Origin: Vicugna vicugna
Taxonomy: Eukaryota
NCBI GenBank assembly: GCA_013265495.1
Contig: MU058650.1
Coordinates: forward strand, 461,394 to 525,393
Length of the DNA: 64,000 nucleotides
Direction of reading: 5' to 3'
How positions within the stretch are numbered: the stretch's first letter is position 1; each line of letters opens with the position of its first letter. The notes beneath the pieces were generated by a model, which ran no database searches, was not told where the DNA came from, and saw only the letters and a list, made by a program, of their open reading frames with translations. The position numbers and the translations under genes were made by a program. Positions 39,369-51,510 of the stretch are shown piece by piece.

Positions 39369-39855
39369 TTGATGTATAGGTTGAAAAGGAAGAAGGAAAC
39401 TGTCTGAATTCTCAGATTACATGACCCTGTATGTAAAAAGTCCCAAGTAATCTATCCTCCCCAAATAGGACTTTCTCTTCTATTAAACTATTCTAATCTG
39501 AGTTTAGCAAAATTGTTGGACTCAAGATTGTTGGACACAACAGAAATAATGTATATATTCCTGAATATTAACAAAAATAAAATTTAAAAACATTATTTTT
39601 ATTCTTTCTTGATGTTAATGGAATGTTTTTAAACAACAATATGGAATGTTTTTAAACTACAAAAATGTGCAAGACCTGTACACTGAAAACTACAAAATAT
39701 TTCTTGACAAAAATTAAAGAAGATCTAAATGAATTAAGAGATACTCTCATGGAATGGAAGAAAATATTGTTAATATGGCTATTCTTTCTAAGTTGAGACA
39801 TAGATTCACTGCAATCCCTCATAAGGCTATCACAGCTGATTTCTCTGCAGAAATT

Positions 39856-42150
39856 TTGCAGGCTATAAGGGTGTAGCATGATATAGTCAGTCCTGAAAGG
39901 GAAAAATCTGCAACCTAGGATACTCTACTCAGCAAGATTATGATTTAGAATAGGAGAGATTAAAAAAAAAACTTCAAAAGAAAGCAAAAACTAAAAGAAT
40001 TAATCAATACTAAACTTATCCTAAAATAAGCTAAAGGATCTTCTCTAAATAGAAAAAAAGTAAGAATCTATAGGAAAGGGAAAATTCCACCAGGAAAGAC
40101 AATATATCATAAGAATTGAAGATCAATCACTAAAATAAGCCTGTATTTAGATTAAAAGAAAACAAAAGTAAAGGCAACTATAACTACAATAAGCAGTTAA
40201 GGGATAAGCAAGAAGATGTAAAATTTGGTATTAAAAAATGTGGGGAGGGGAATAAACAATGCAGATCTTTTAGAATGTGTTTGAACTAAATGACTACCAG
40301 TTTAAAAGAAGTAGATATGATTATTGGTCAACATAAATGAATCTCATGGTAACAACAAATCAAAAACCTACAATGCATACACCAAGATCAAAAAGAAAGG
40401 GACACAAGCATACTGCTAAAGCATATCAAACCACAAGGGAAGAAACAAAAAGGAGAAATAAACAGGGAAGAACTACAAAAACAACCAAGAAACAAGTAAT
40501 AAATAGCAATAGTACATACCTATTAATAATTACTTTAAATGTCAATGGACTGAATGCTTCAATCTAAAGACATAAGGTGGCTGACTGGATGAAAAAATAC
40601 CCTTCAATATGCTGCTTACAAGAGACAGTTCACCGCAAAAGACACACACAGACTGAAAGTTAGGAGATGGAAAAACATATTCCATGCAAAATGGAAATGA
40701 CAAAACAGCAGGTGTAACAGTACTCATATTAGCCAAATAGTCTTAAAATGGAGGCTATAACAAAAGACAAAGAATGGCATTATAATGATAAAGGGATTGA
40801 TAGAAGAAGATATTACATCCATTAATATATATGCACCCAATACAGGAACACCTAAATATACAAAGCAAATATTACCAGACATAAAAGGAGAAATTGACAA
40901 TAATACAGTAATAGTAGGTGACCTTAACACCCACGGACATCAATGGACAGATCACCTAGATAGAAAATCAGTAACAAAAAAGTGTTCTTAAACGACACAA
41001 CAGACCATTTGAACTTAATACAGTATCTACAGGACATTACATTTGAAACCAACAGAATACGCACTCTTTTCAAGTGTACATGGAATGTTCTCCATGACAG
41101 ATCACATGCTATCCCATAAAACAAGTCTCACCAAATTTAAGAACAGAAATTATACCAAGCATTTTTTCCCAGCCACACACATATGACACCAGAAATCAAC
41201 TACAGGGAGAAAATGGGAAAAACACAAAAATATGTGGAGATTAAACAACATGCTACCAAAAAGCCACTGGGTCAAAGAAGAAATCAAAAAAGACATTTTT
41301 TTTAAATGCTCAAGAGAAAGGACAATGGAAATACAACACTCCAAAACCCATGGAAACAATTCAGGAACAATATCAGGATGCCCACTCTCATCACGTCTAT
41401 TTATCATAATATTGGAAGTCCTAGTTACAAAATCAGACAGGGAAAAGAAATGAAAGGAATCCAAATTGGAAGGGAAAAGATAAAACTGCCACTATATGCA
41501 TATAATGTGATATTTTACATAGAAAACCCTTATCTCCACCTAAAAACTGTTAGAACTAATAAGTTGCAGGACACAAGTTTAATACACTATTGCATTTCTA
41601 TATACTAACAATGAATGATCAGAAAGAGAAAGTTTAAAAAAAAATCCTGTTTAAAATCCCATCAAAAAGAATAAAATACCTAGGAATAAATTTAACCAAG
41701 GAGGTAAAAGACCCATACTATGAAAACTATAAAACATTGATGTAAGAAACTGAAGCTGATATAGAAATGGAAATATATCCCATATTCTTGGATTGGAAAA
41801 ATTAATATTGCTAAAAATGGTCGTATTACCCAAAGGAATCTACAAACTGAATGCAATCTCTATCAAAATACCTATGACATTTTCACAGAACTAGGACAAA
41901 TAATTCTTAAATTCATATGCAACAACGAAAGACCCCAAATTGCTAAGGTGATCCTGAGAAAAAAATAACAATGGCGGAGGTATCACCCTTCCCGGCTTCA
42001 GATTATACTACAAAGCTACAGTAGTCAAAATAGCATGGTACTGGCACAGAAACAGATATATAGATCAACTGAATGGAATACAGAGCCTAGAAATAAACCC
42101 ACACTACCCCATAGTCAATTATTCTATGACAAGGAGGCAAGAATACACAA
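39856..42150 (+). mobile_element. L1 fragment: ORF1 end, inter-ORF, endonuclease, internal deletion near 41355, later ORF2
   Basis: EN peptides STYLLIITLNVNGLNASI and [63 protein letters not shown] (RT region). Confidence 0.9.
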
Positions 42151-42567
42151 CATTCTAATAGAATCTTATGATCAGAACAGAGAAGGAATGCTCACATTTT
42201 CCCAAATTAAATTTATTTTAAGTTGAAGTCAAATAATGTATTCTTGACAGCCAGAGGAAATTTATCTTTCAACAGTGTCATTATGGTATGGTAAGACTTA
42301 CTAAATATGTTTAAAATTTTTCCATCACCATGTCAGAAGAATGATGGGCACGTGTCTACAAAAGGTAAAGGTGTATTTTGGAAACTGATCTGACCACAGA
42401 AAATCACTGGTTAATTCTGCCTTTATTCTTGGAAAATTATTTCCCAGCATTTGTTTTGCAATTTCTAATTAATAAGGCAAATGTGATGATATTTCTGGGA
42501 ACTGAAAAAGAAACGTGTTGTTATGCTTTTCTTCAGTTCCAACCTTGAGAACAAAAGTGAAGATGAA

Positions 42568-42746
42568 GGGGGGACATGATATAGCTCAGTGGTACAGTGC
42601 TTGCCTAGCATGCACGAGGTTCTGGGTTCAGTCCCCAGGACAGCCATTAAAATAAATAAATAAATAATAAACCTAATTACCTCTCCCTCCATCAAATAAA
42701 AAAAAAAGAATGTTGGAATGAAAGATACTTTAAAAACCCCAATAAA
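42568..42746 (+). mobile_element. Vic-1-like SINE with extra 3' sequence inside the TSD
   Basis: tatagctcagtggtacagtgcttgcctagcatgcacgaggttctgggttcagtcccc; TSD aacaaaagtgaagatgaa / aacagaagtgaagatgaa (42550-42567, 42747-42764). Confidence 0.9.
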
Positions 42747-43329
42747 AACAGAAGTGAAGATGAATGACAAGGTCATTGCTCTATCATAGAGATAATGTAT
42801 TTCGGGTGCTGGACTCCTTCTACAATGTTATTAAAGTTCTTCGAAGCATTGCTACTAAGGAAAAAAAAATCAACTCATATTATTTATTGTACTTTTCCTC
42901 AAAATTCACTGCTGTTTCAGGCTTTCCCTCAGCTAACCAGTCCATTTTATTTTGGAAGCCACTGGTACAACAAAGTGCTGTAACAAGTCAACATAAAAGA
43001 TCAACAGAGACAGGTAATAAAAATTTGATTGCAAACTTTAGTGAATCTGAGGAGACTAGGGATTTTGAAACAATGATAGCCTACAAATAAAAAAGCAGAT
43101 CCAAATAAAGCGCCTACAGAATTTGTGACAAGCGGTCTTCTAGTCACTACTGAGTAGACAAGCCCTAGTCAGACTGTGTGAAGACGTTAGGCGGCCTTGA
43201 TACTTTTCTAAAATTATTCAACCTACTGATCTCCAGTGGTTCCTCTCATAGGCACAAAGAGAGCAGGAGAATGGACAGGAGGAATCTTACAAGTGGAAAA
43301 GAACAATATAATAATTGTAAGAGAAGTAA

Positions 43330-43465
43330 TAATAAAAAAACATTTATTTAACACTTAACCCTGAAGCTAAAGATATAATAAGAATTTTACATGGACTGTG
43401 TCATTTAATCTCCACAAATAACTTTCTGAGGCAGGCAGCCTAAGTGGTCAGAGAATTATTTTAAC
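43330..43465 (-). mobile_element. MIR fragment
   Basis: aacatttatttaacactta...ttttacatggactgtgtcatttaatctccacaaataactttctgaggcagg. Confidence 0.55.
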
Positions 43466-45309
43466 TTAGTCTTGACAACAGGGTGAGCTCTTTATGGTTG
43501 AAAAATCAGATTCCCTTCTGCCTCTCTTTGAAAATATATCAGATGCCGCTCAGGGACATTCTCGCTTCTGATAACCAACCCTAATGTCTTTATAACTCAT
43601 TACTGCAGAATCAAGACGTAACTTCTCTGAAACTAGGATGATGGCTGTCTCACCAAATTGCTCACAAGCGTGTCTACCTCTACTCTATAGTTAACCACTG
43701 ACGGACAATACAAAATGACAAGAATTGTGGTTTAGCAAAAGCATTACAGCTCATTCTGCAGACGATTTACCATCACTCAGCTGTATGATTGGCCCATGTT
43801 TTTTGCTGTTTTTCTTTTTGATGGCTGGGGTGGTGGTTCATTGATCTTAAGTGCATAGCCAACATTGTTAAATTATCACGAAAGCCTTCACTGTTAGACT
43901 AAAGAACAAACATCTTACATTATTGAAAAATAGCAGTTTCTTATCAAAGCCTAACATAAAATTAGAAATTTCAGGTAACATGGAGTTACTAACAACACCA
44001 ACAGTTATGGGGAAAATAATGACTATCAAGGCCAAATTTAGCAACAGAATCATTATTTTTAACCCTGATTGTTTTCCTCTCATGTTTTAAGCAACTGTAA
44101 ACTTGGAATCTGGCAAGATAATAATGCAAAAATGTTACTATCTGGTTAAGACTCCATGCCATGACTTCACTGACTATAATTTTGTTTGGGCCAATGCAGC
44201 CTCCCAAATGGCCCATTCTGGCAAACCCAGGTGAATAAGCAGACATGTAAACAGGATGAGAGGATTGCTATCCTTACGCTAACTAAAAATCCTGCTTATT
44301 GCTTTATTTTTAAACCGCCACTAACTTGTTTAAATTATAATTGCATCTTCTCAATGAGTACAGTTCCTTATTATTGGAACTGGCAGGGGGCCTTGACATT
44401 TGAGTCATCATTTCATTGTGTCTATTTCTTACCGTGGTATACAAATTAAGTAGACATACAAGCCAGATAAAATGTAGGGGGGAAAAATCTGAAGCAGTAA
44501 CTTTATACTGAATTAATTTTTCTCAAATCTACAAAATATATAAACCAATTAATATCGGTAATAATATATTCTACTTCAGGCACATTTTCCAAAATATTAA
44601 CTTCTATTCTACAGCCAAAGATGCTTCAAACGCTCCTAGCCAAATATCATACTTCCGTAAGAGAAAACCAACAGCTTTAATATTCTCTAAATTGAAAAGA
44701 TAGAATAATTCCAGTGTATTCGGTATTCTCAAGAAGTGAACATATTATAAAGAAATGCATCTTTCTCAATACTAAAATTTAATTAGAAGTCTTGAGATAG
44801 TTGCTTAATTTCCAACTTTTAGAAAATGAATTATTCTGAATATGAAGAAAAACAGGATATAAATCAGATGTTCCTAAATTATGAAATTTATAACATAACA
44901 TATTCAAGTGTAGCTAGCTTTTTAACTATATTTATTTAAGGATAAGGCAAGCAAGCCCCACAATGTTGAAATCAGTCTCAGCATTTTTCTCATTTTGACT
45001 TCAGTGGAAATATTCATGGGTTTATAGTATCACGTTTCCAGGGAGTCCTGCCATTTTTGTAATTACTATGGCTAGTATTAATAAATGTCTTCTTTTTATG
45101 TGATGAAATAAATTAATGAAAGAGGCAGACACTATGCAAAATGGCTGGGAACAGAGCCAAACCTTTTTATATACATCCAGGGACCAATAATTTTCTAAAT
45201 GGCACTCTAGGCAATCTTGCCCAAATAATTACAAGTGTTGCCAGCATGCAATTTACTGAAATAATTATGCAATCTCCTAACTCCCATTACCCACGTCAAG
45301 TCCATGGCC

Positions 45310-45315
45310 ACTTAC
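45310..45315 (-). promoter_or_regulatory. 5' splice donor GTAAGT
   Basis: Consensus AAG|GTAAGT exactly where GUCY1A2 similarity ends (ENKDK). Confidence 0.92.
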
Positions 45316-46034
45316 CTTGTCTTTATTCTCAGTGCTGGAAGCCTCAGGCTTGGTCCTAATCACAAATGGGGTGGACAGCCGCAGCAGGACCCTTTCAAAG
45401 GTGGCGTTAACCTTTGGAGAAACAATCTCGAAGCAGTCCTCGAACTTGAGCACTTTGTGAGTGTCACAACGCAGCTGCTTCCTCAGGCCTTCCCCCAGCT
45501 GAAGGACTGCCATGTGAGGGTCAACCATCAGGTGGAAAGGGAAGGCTCTGCAGAAGGTGCTGATGCTGATTCTGAGGTCCGCGGGAACCCGGGAGGTTCC
45601 CTGTGGAAGGTTCTTCGCGATGTTGGTGTTTTCACATTGCTTGATGAGGAAGGTAAGACAGCTACAGTTGCCTGGGTTTGAACCATCGGAGCACAGTTTC
45701 TCATTTGCAACCTGGTCCACTTCTACATCCAGCCGATAGATCTTCTTTCCTGCAGCCTTAATCATCCCAAGCATTGCAAATCCCACGATTCGGTGAGGGT
45801 GGAAGTAGTGGAGCATGAGGGTACCTTCAGAGAGCTCTTTGCATAGGAATGATGGTGACTCCAGGGTGGCCTGTTTTCCAAAAGAAGTTCTAATGTGTTC
45901 CAACAAAGCATCAAAGCCATTAAAAAAGTCCTGCAACGTGCCACCTACAGCTCGAAGGACTCTCTCATTCTCATCAAAGCATATATTAAAGAACTCCTCA
46001 CCAAATCTTTCTTGAACTTCCTCAAACTTCAAAC
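45316..46034 (-). CDS. GUCY1A2: Internal coding exon (probably exon 4) of soluble guanylate cyclase subunit alpha-2; pseudo-H-NOX C-terminal half plus start of PAS/HNOBA domain
   Basis: Translation LKFEEVQERFGEEFFNICFDENERVLRAVGGTLQDFFNGFDALLEHIRTSFGKQATLESPSFLC...FCRAFPFHLMVDP...LSTPFVIRTKPEASSTENKDK closely matches recalled mammalian GUCY1A2. Acceptor ttccatttacctctag|GT at 46035/46034; donor AAG|gtaagt at 45316/45315. 719 bp, starts in phase 1, ends in phase 0, no internal stops. The track ORF's TTG start and VSGHGLDVGNGS tail are artefacts of splicing. Confidence 0.96.
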
Positions 46035-46063
46035 CTAGAGGTAAATGGAAGCAAATGTTAATG
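46035..46063 (-). promoter_or_regulatory. 3' splice site of the GUCY1A2 exon (branch-point-like TTAAC, polypyrimidine tract, AG)
   Basis: Minus strand reads cattaacatttgcttccatttacctctag immediately before the exon. Confidence 0.85.
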
Positions 46064-46282
46064 AAATCTAATAAAAATAATTGAATGTATCGCTTTTTTA
46101 ATGCTTATCAAATGAGGTTGCTAGTGAGTAAAGTAAGAGAGGTATTTCCCTTGGGTACACATATTTTCCCTAAGAGGTTAATTCATTCATTTTGAGTTAG
46201 AGAAACTAACCTTCAGTTCATCTTCTGGATGTTTCTAAGATGTTAACGACCATAAACCTTTTTGTTGTTGTTTGCCTTTAAA

Positions 46283-46710
46283 TAACCTTTATTTTTAAAG
46301 CAGTTTTAGATTCATAGCTAAATTGAGCACAATATAAAGATAATTTCCATGTACCCCCTTGTCCCCAACATACACAACCCGCCCCCAAAATTATCAATAC
46401 TGTGAACTACAGCAGTACATTTGTTACAATCGATGAATCTACACTGGCATAACATTATCACCCAAAGTTCAGAGTTTACAGTAGGGTCCATTCACCCTTG
46501 GTGCTGCACATCCTTGAGTTTTTTGTTGTTGTTCACTGAAGTCTATCAGTTTACAACATTGTGCCAATTTGTGGTGTACCTCCTTGAGTTCTGACAAATG
46601 TATGTTAACATGTGCCCACCATTATGGTGTCATATAAAGTAGCTTTGCTATCCTAAAAATCCTTTGTGCTCCACCTGTTCATTCCACCCTCCCCTCAACC
46701 CCTGGGGCAT
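46283..46710 (-). mobile_element. L1MC1/2-like 3' end containing a 60-bp younger L1 tail insertion (46521-46580)
   Basis: aaagcagttttagattcatagctaaattgagc...gtacatttgttacaatcgatgaatctacactggcataacattatcacccaaag; inner TSD tccttgagtt. Confidence 0.85.
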
Positions 46711-48024
46711 GAACTTTTTAAACACTGCTAATCTAGCTGTCACTTTCCTTGCCAATACTCTACTCCATTTGCTGTAATTATCATGAGTAACATCTTTTCC
46801 TCAACGATTTCCCTCATCACCAAATAATTTTTAAGAGGCAGCTATAAAGCTGTCTCTATATTACGTCCATTCAATATTACTATTTTATTTCTCAAAATTC
46901 GTTCAAGTGGAAAATAGTCCCCCCCTCGCCGGAGAGGGACTCTGTGGTACACGAGCAGGAAAAGGCATGAGGTTATCTCACGCAAACAGAAGCATTTCAT
47001 TAGTAAGCGCAGAGAAAAATCATGCAGGTCAGCTAGACCACAGGAAGAGAGACAAAACAAGGAATTAAAACTGTGGAATGATTTTCATTCATTCTTTCAC
47101 TCACAAAAATGAGAGCAGACAAAAGAAGAGTAGGAATCTGACCAGACAGAGATAAAGGTCTTTGTTAAGTTTTCTCAGTTCATACTCATTTCCAGATGCC
47201 GCAGCAAAAGGAAATCTACCTTATAACAATGGAATTATTACAAAAAATTTAAAAATACACACACAATGCATTATATGGTAATTGGAAGCAGGATCATACG
47301 TGATCTAGTTAGATCCACCCTTGAGGATAATCTGAGGGAAAATAAGGAGCAAAGAGGCAGAACAGGACGCAGATAAAAGAGCTGAGTCTGTGTCCTGAGG
47401 CAAGCTTCTGCGTAGAGTCACCTAATCGCTTCTCCTTTGCCTTTGGCTGAAATCAATACATGCAGTTTATATATTTGTACCTTATTGTCTTATCTATCCC
47501 ATCTTACAAGGAGGTCCTGAGAATCAGACAGGACTTTGCTGCTGCCCTGTTAGAATGCAAAGCAGTCGAGGCTGTCTGTGGCTTAGTTTGCTGTTCCTAC
47601 CTTTATTACTGCCTATGAGTTCTCCCCATAAAGGAAGGGAAAAAACAGAATCAATAATGTTATTTTAAAAACAGAGTCCAAACACATCAAATACTTTCGG
47701 AAAACTTACTACAGGGTCTAAATTAGTTTGGCAAAGAAGTTCCTGAAATCAATGTGAAATGAAAATAAGTAGAAAATTTAAGTGAAAAACATTCCCTTTA
47801 TTAGGAAACATTTCACATTAACTTTAGTTGCATAACTTTGGTATTCAAGGCAAGCTGAGAGAGTCAGCTATGAGAATAAATCACCACCCATCTCTCATTG
47901 TCTAACATGTTGTAAGATTGAACTTCAACATATGTTGCAGTCACTAATAATAATGCCAGCCGGAATTGGAAATAATAGCAGTGATCTGCCAGTTTTCTCT
48001 TGTGAGAAAACAAGATAAATGGTA

Positions 48025-48230
48025 TTCACTGCAGTTTGGCTCCTGCTCCAACTGCTCCACTGAAACTGCTTTTATAATTATTTAAACCAATATATCCTGT
48101 TTTGTCCTTACCTTACTTAACCTTGTTTATTATTTTTTCCCCTTTTACTTTGACAGTGTTCACCATCCCTTCCTCTTAAATCTCTCTTCTCTCTTGGATT
48201 ATAACCCACACTCTCCTGGTTTGATTACAG
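48025..48230 (+). mobile_element. L2 ORF2 fragment
   Basis: ctccactgaaactgct...tttgacagtgttcaccatcccttcctctt...cacactctcctggttt. Confidence 0.65.
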
Positions 48231-49459
48231 TTGCCTGAAAAGCCCTTCACTAACACATCTTCCTAAACCAAATCCCTACATCACGGTCTCTAAATTACAA
48301 CTAAACAATTCTAATACATACAAATTAAACTTACGTCCCTTCCATGACAATGTTCTTTGTTGCTAATCATTTTAAATGACAAAATCCTTATTAAAAACTA
48401 AATTCAGAATAAACAAAAATTCCTATAATCTGACGATATTTGATGAGCAACAAAATTCCCTAAGTCACTGAGAACATTCCATGGATTGCTTCCCTACTTT
48501 GAAGAGTTGTGTTTTAAAAGTACTTAGGGTCTTTACGCACAGAAGAGAAGAGAATTTTTTCAGACTTGCATTTTTCACAGCATTAAAAACGCCCTCACAG
48601 TTGTTAAGAACACAGATATAACACAGGAAGCTTATGTTCTATTTCCAATGGCAGAATCGCAAAGAGTCATCTGGAAAATAACAAGTAAGTAAATTCACTA
48701 GAGGCAGCAAAATAAAAACTACTCTATGGAACTGCAGTCTGTCAACTAGAAATCCTTACTGCTTTAAAAAGCACTTTTGTACTTAAGAGTCAAAGATTAA
48801 GTCTCATATGATCATGTTAAGGCCTCCCAGGGCACTAAAGTGATGTATCAATAAAGAAAAGCTAAGTTATTTTGAGTATTATGCACCAACAGTATACGGG
48901 GTAATTCTATATACACCACAGTATTCAATTAACCAATAAATATTTTTGGTCTCACAACTGTTACACTGCACAAGATGAGAAAAGAAAAAAAATTCCTAGA
49001 GTTTGAAAAATTAAAGGTAGGGAATGATCACTTCAACTTTTGCAAATATGCTATGAATCAGTACCCAAGATTCCCACTTTAAACATGGCAAGATTTAGAA
49101 AGCACAGAGAGAGTTGTTCAGTCTCACTCGCAAGGTTCCACTTATTATTGATGCAAATCCCCTATTTACAGAAAATCACCTGAAACAATGCTTGTCTAAT
49201 CATAGCACGAAAAGCTATGACAGCTTGACGTCTGGGTCTATAAAAATACATTTCCTCAAGAGGCAAACCTTACAACAAAACTGCTTTCATCAACAGGTAA
49301 GTTTAAAGAATTTGAAATTACTGTTAATTCACCTCTTTTGAAAAAGTGAATAGCCTCAATGCTGACATCCTTTTGCTGTAAATGAAATGGTATGTTCATT
49401 GATGACATGAATCGTTGGTCCCTCATTTGCTATCCATCCAGCTTCACACGGTGCACATC

Positions 49460-49960
49460 TTGAGGGCATCCATGTTTGCGTACCTACAGTAGCATGATGC
49501 CTGGCACACGGTGAGTAAGCATTCATTCATAGAAACTAAGCATCCATCTAAGTATTAGTTTGGGTAATATAATCAAGCTTTTAAAGCCAAAGTTGTGCTA
49601 CATCAAAGGACACCAAGACAACTAGACACATCCTTTTCTCTCGTGGGTCCCTGCAGATAAATAAATTACAATGACGGGGCTAGAACAGAGGCGTACATGG
49701 GCCATGGAGGCACTGGGGAAAGCATATCTGACTTTCTCTCAGGGAGACAAAGTTTGAAAGGAGAGCTGAAGAAAAAGTAGGTTTCCAAAAGGCCAACAAG
49801 GAAGGGAAAAAGCAAAAAGCATTCTAGCAGATGGGGAGTAATGAAGTATGAACGAAGCAGGGAGGTGGCGAGGCCGGCACAGCCAGGGAAGGGCAAGTCA
49901 TTAAGTGGACCGCGCTAAGGAGCAGCGGCGGCGGGAAGGAGCCGCTAATTCATCAGCCGC
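49460..49960. mobile_element. Diverged L2 remnants (plus-strand tail followed by antisense copy)
   Basis: cttgagggca...tgcctggcacacggtgagtaagc, then cattcattcat... and a purine-rich antisense L2-like body. Confidence 0.45.
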
Positions 49961-50089
49961 GCAGGAGTTCCACTTAAGGGTGCCGAGACCAGAGTCAAAG
50001 ATACCAGCCAAAGAGATGCTGCAGCGTCTTCAGAAGAAATTTTATTAATTGAATTAAGTAGTTCCAGTAAGAATGGAGAAATTAGTGCT

Positions 50090-50430
50090 ACGAAACGTGC
50101 CAAATATTTTCATAGATTATCTAATACTTTTAAAAATGTCAAGTGGATATTTTAGCTGCACCCATTTTAAAGGTGAGCAACGTCAATAAATTGCCCGTGT
50201 TCACACAATTGTAAGTAGCAGAGCCAGGTCTCAAAGTGACATCTGTCTAAGACTAAATTTTGTGTAATAAATACTGTGTGATAATTGTGCACAATATCAA
50301 ACAAGTAAAAATCTGCCGGGGTGGAGGGGAAATCCGTATCTTGCTTATTGGTGTATCATCAATACCTAGCATTCTTCCTGACATTTAGCAGGTGCTCAAA
50401 AAATAACAGCTGGATGTTGGACGAATTAAT
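50090..50430. mobile_element. MIR (antisense, ~50090-50270) followed by L2 tail (sense, ~50335-50430)
   Basis: cccattttaaaggtgagcaa...ttgcccgtgttcacacaattgtaagtagcagagccagg; cctgacatttagcaggtgctcaaaaaata. Confidence 0.6.
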
Positions 50431-51137
50431 GTGTCACTAACGAAGCAACAGGAAGGAGCAGTCACTGGTCACCAAATGCCACAGCAGGGTCTAGTAAGAA
50501 AACTTGAAACTGGATTGGTCAGAACTTTGGGGACCAGTAACAGAGCAATTTCAGTGCAGAGTGGAGGCAGAAGACTGAGGGTAAGGGGTTGAGGAGTGTG
50601 GGAAAGATGAAGAAACAGATATTAGCTTCAGCTGGATCAGTAATATTATTGGAAGGCTAAAATTACTTGTTTTATAAATTGTTAAAAAACAAAAACTCTG
50701 CCCTCCCTGGTTGGAGAGGTGAAAGGTTGCCATTATATGAACCAAGTGACTAGAGAAAGATATGGCATCAAAGATATGGCACTGATGGGGGTCCTGGATG
50801 CTCCAAGGGAAGATTTATTAATAAAAGAGGGAAATTAGTATCTTTCTAGTTCCAGAGACCATCCTTATCACCCAGCAGATTATCAGTCCCCACTAACATG
50901 GGAAAATACCAAAGCAAAAGGTGTACTTTCAAGTTGCTTAAAACGTCAGTCAGCAAGCTGAATAACTACCAACCACTCATTTCTGTGAACTGTGGACACA
51001 CCATAATTATTTTTTTGATTAATTACTTAGGGTTCACCAACCCACTATCTAAGTAATGCAACTCAATCACAACTGTATCTCAAGTCCAGGAGATTTCAAC
51101 ATTTTATGGAAATAATTATCCTTTTAGAGAAACAATT

Positions 51138-51510
51138 GTTTTTCTAGATTTATTGAAAGATAACACTATGAAGTTTTAAGGTATACAGTGTATTGATTTG
51201 CTGTACTATATACTGCAGCATGATTAGCACCTTCCCATTAGTTTACAGTACTCCATCACTTCACATCATTACCACTTCTTTTTTGTAGTGAGAATGTTTA
51301 AAATCTCTCTTAACTTTCAAATGTATAATACACAACTGTTAACTATAATCACAACGCGGTGTGTTAGATCTCCAGAACTTAGTCCTCTTCTAGCTGGAAG
51401 TTAGGACATCCCATTTCCCCCAGACCCCAGGTAAACACCATTCTATTCTCTCTTTTTGATTTTGTCTTTTGCAGATACCACATATAAGTCGCAACGTACA
51501 GTATTTGTCA
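51138..51510 (-). mobile_element. L1MA9-like 3' end
   Basis: tttaaggtatacagtgtattgatttg...tccatcacttcacat...aactttcaaatgtataataca...ttagatctccagaactta. Confidence 0.8.

Larger units (their letters stand above)
36645..39855 (+). mobile_element. Older L1M (ORF1 end, inter-ORF, ORF2 remnants) interrupted by a younger L1
   Basis: aacttctcactggaaacaagagaggccaaaagacggtg...caaccaagaattctatagcca (ORF1); resumes at ~38495, with EN start near 39000 and further ORF2 remnants at ~39400-39850. Confidence 0.75.

Noticed and set aside
45304..46015. Plus-strand ORFs (125, 60 and 66 aa) overlapping the exon
   Set aside because: Shadow ORFs of a GC-richer coding exon; no independent support.
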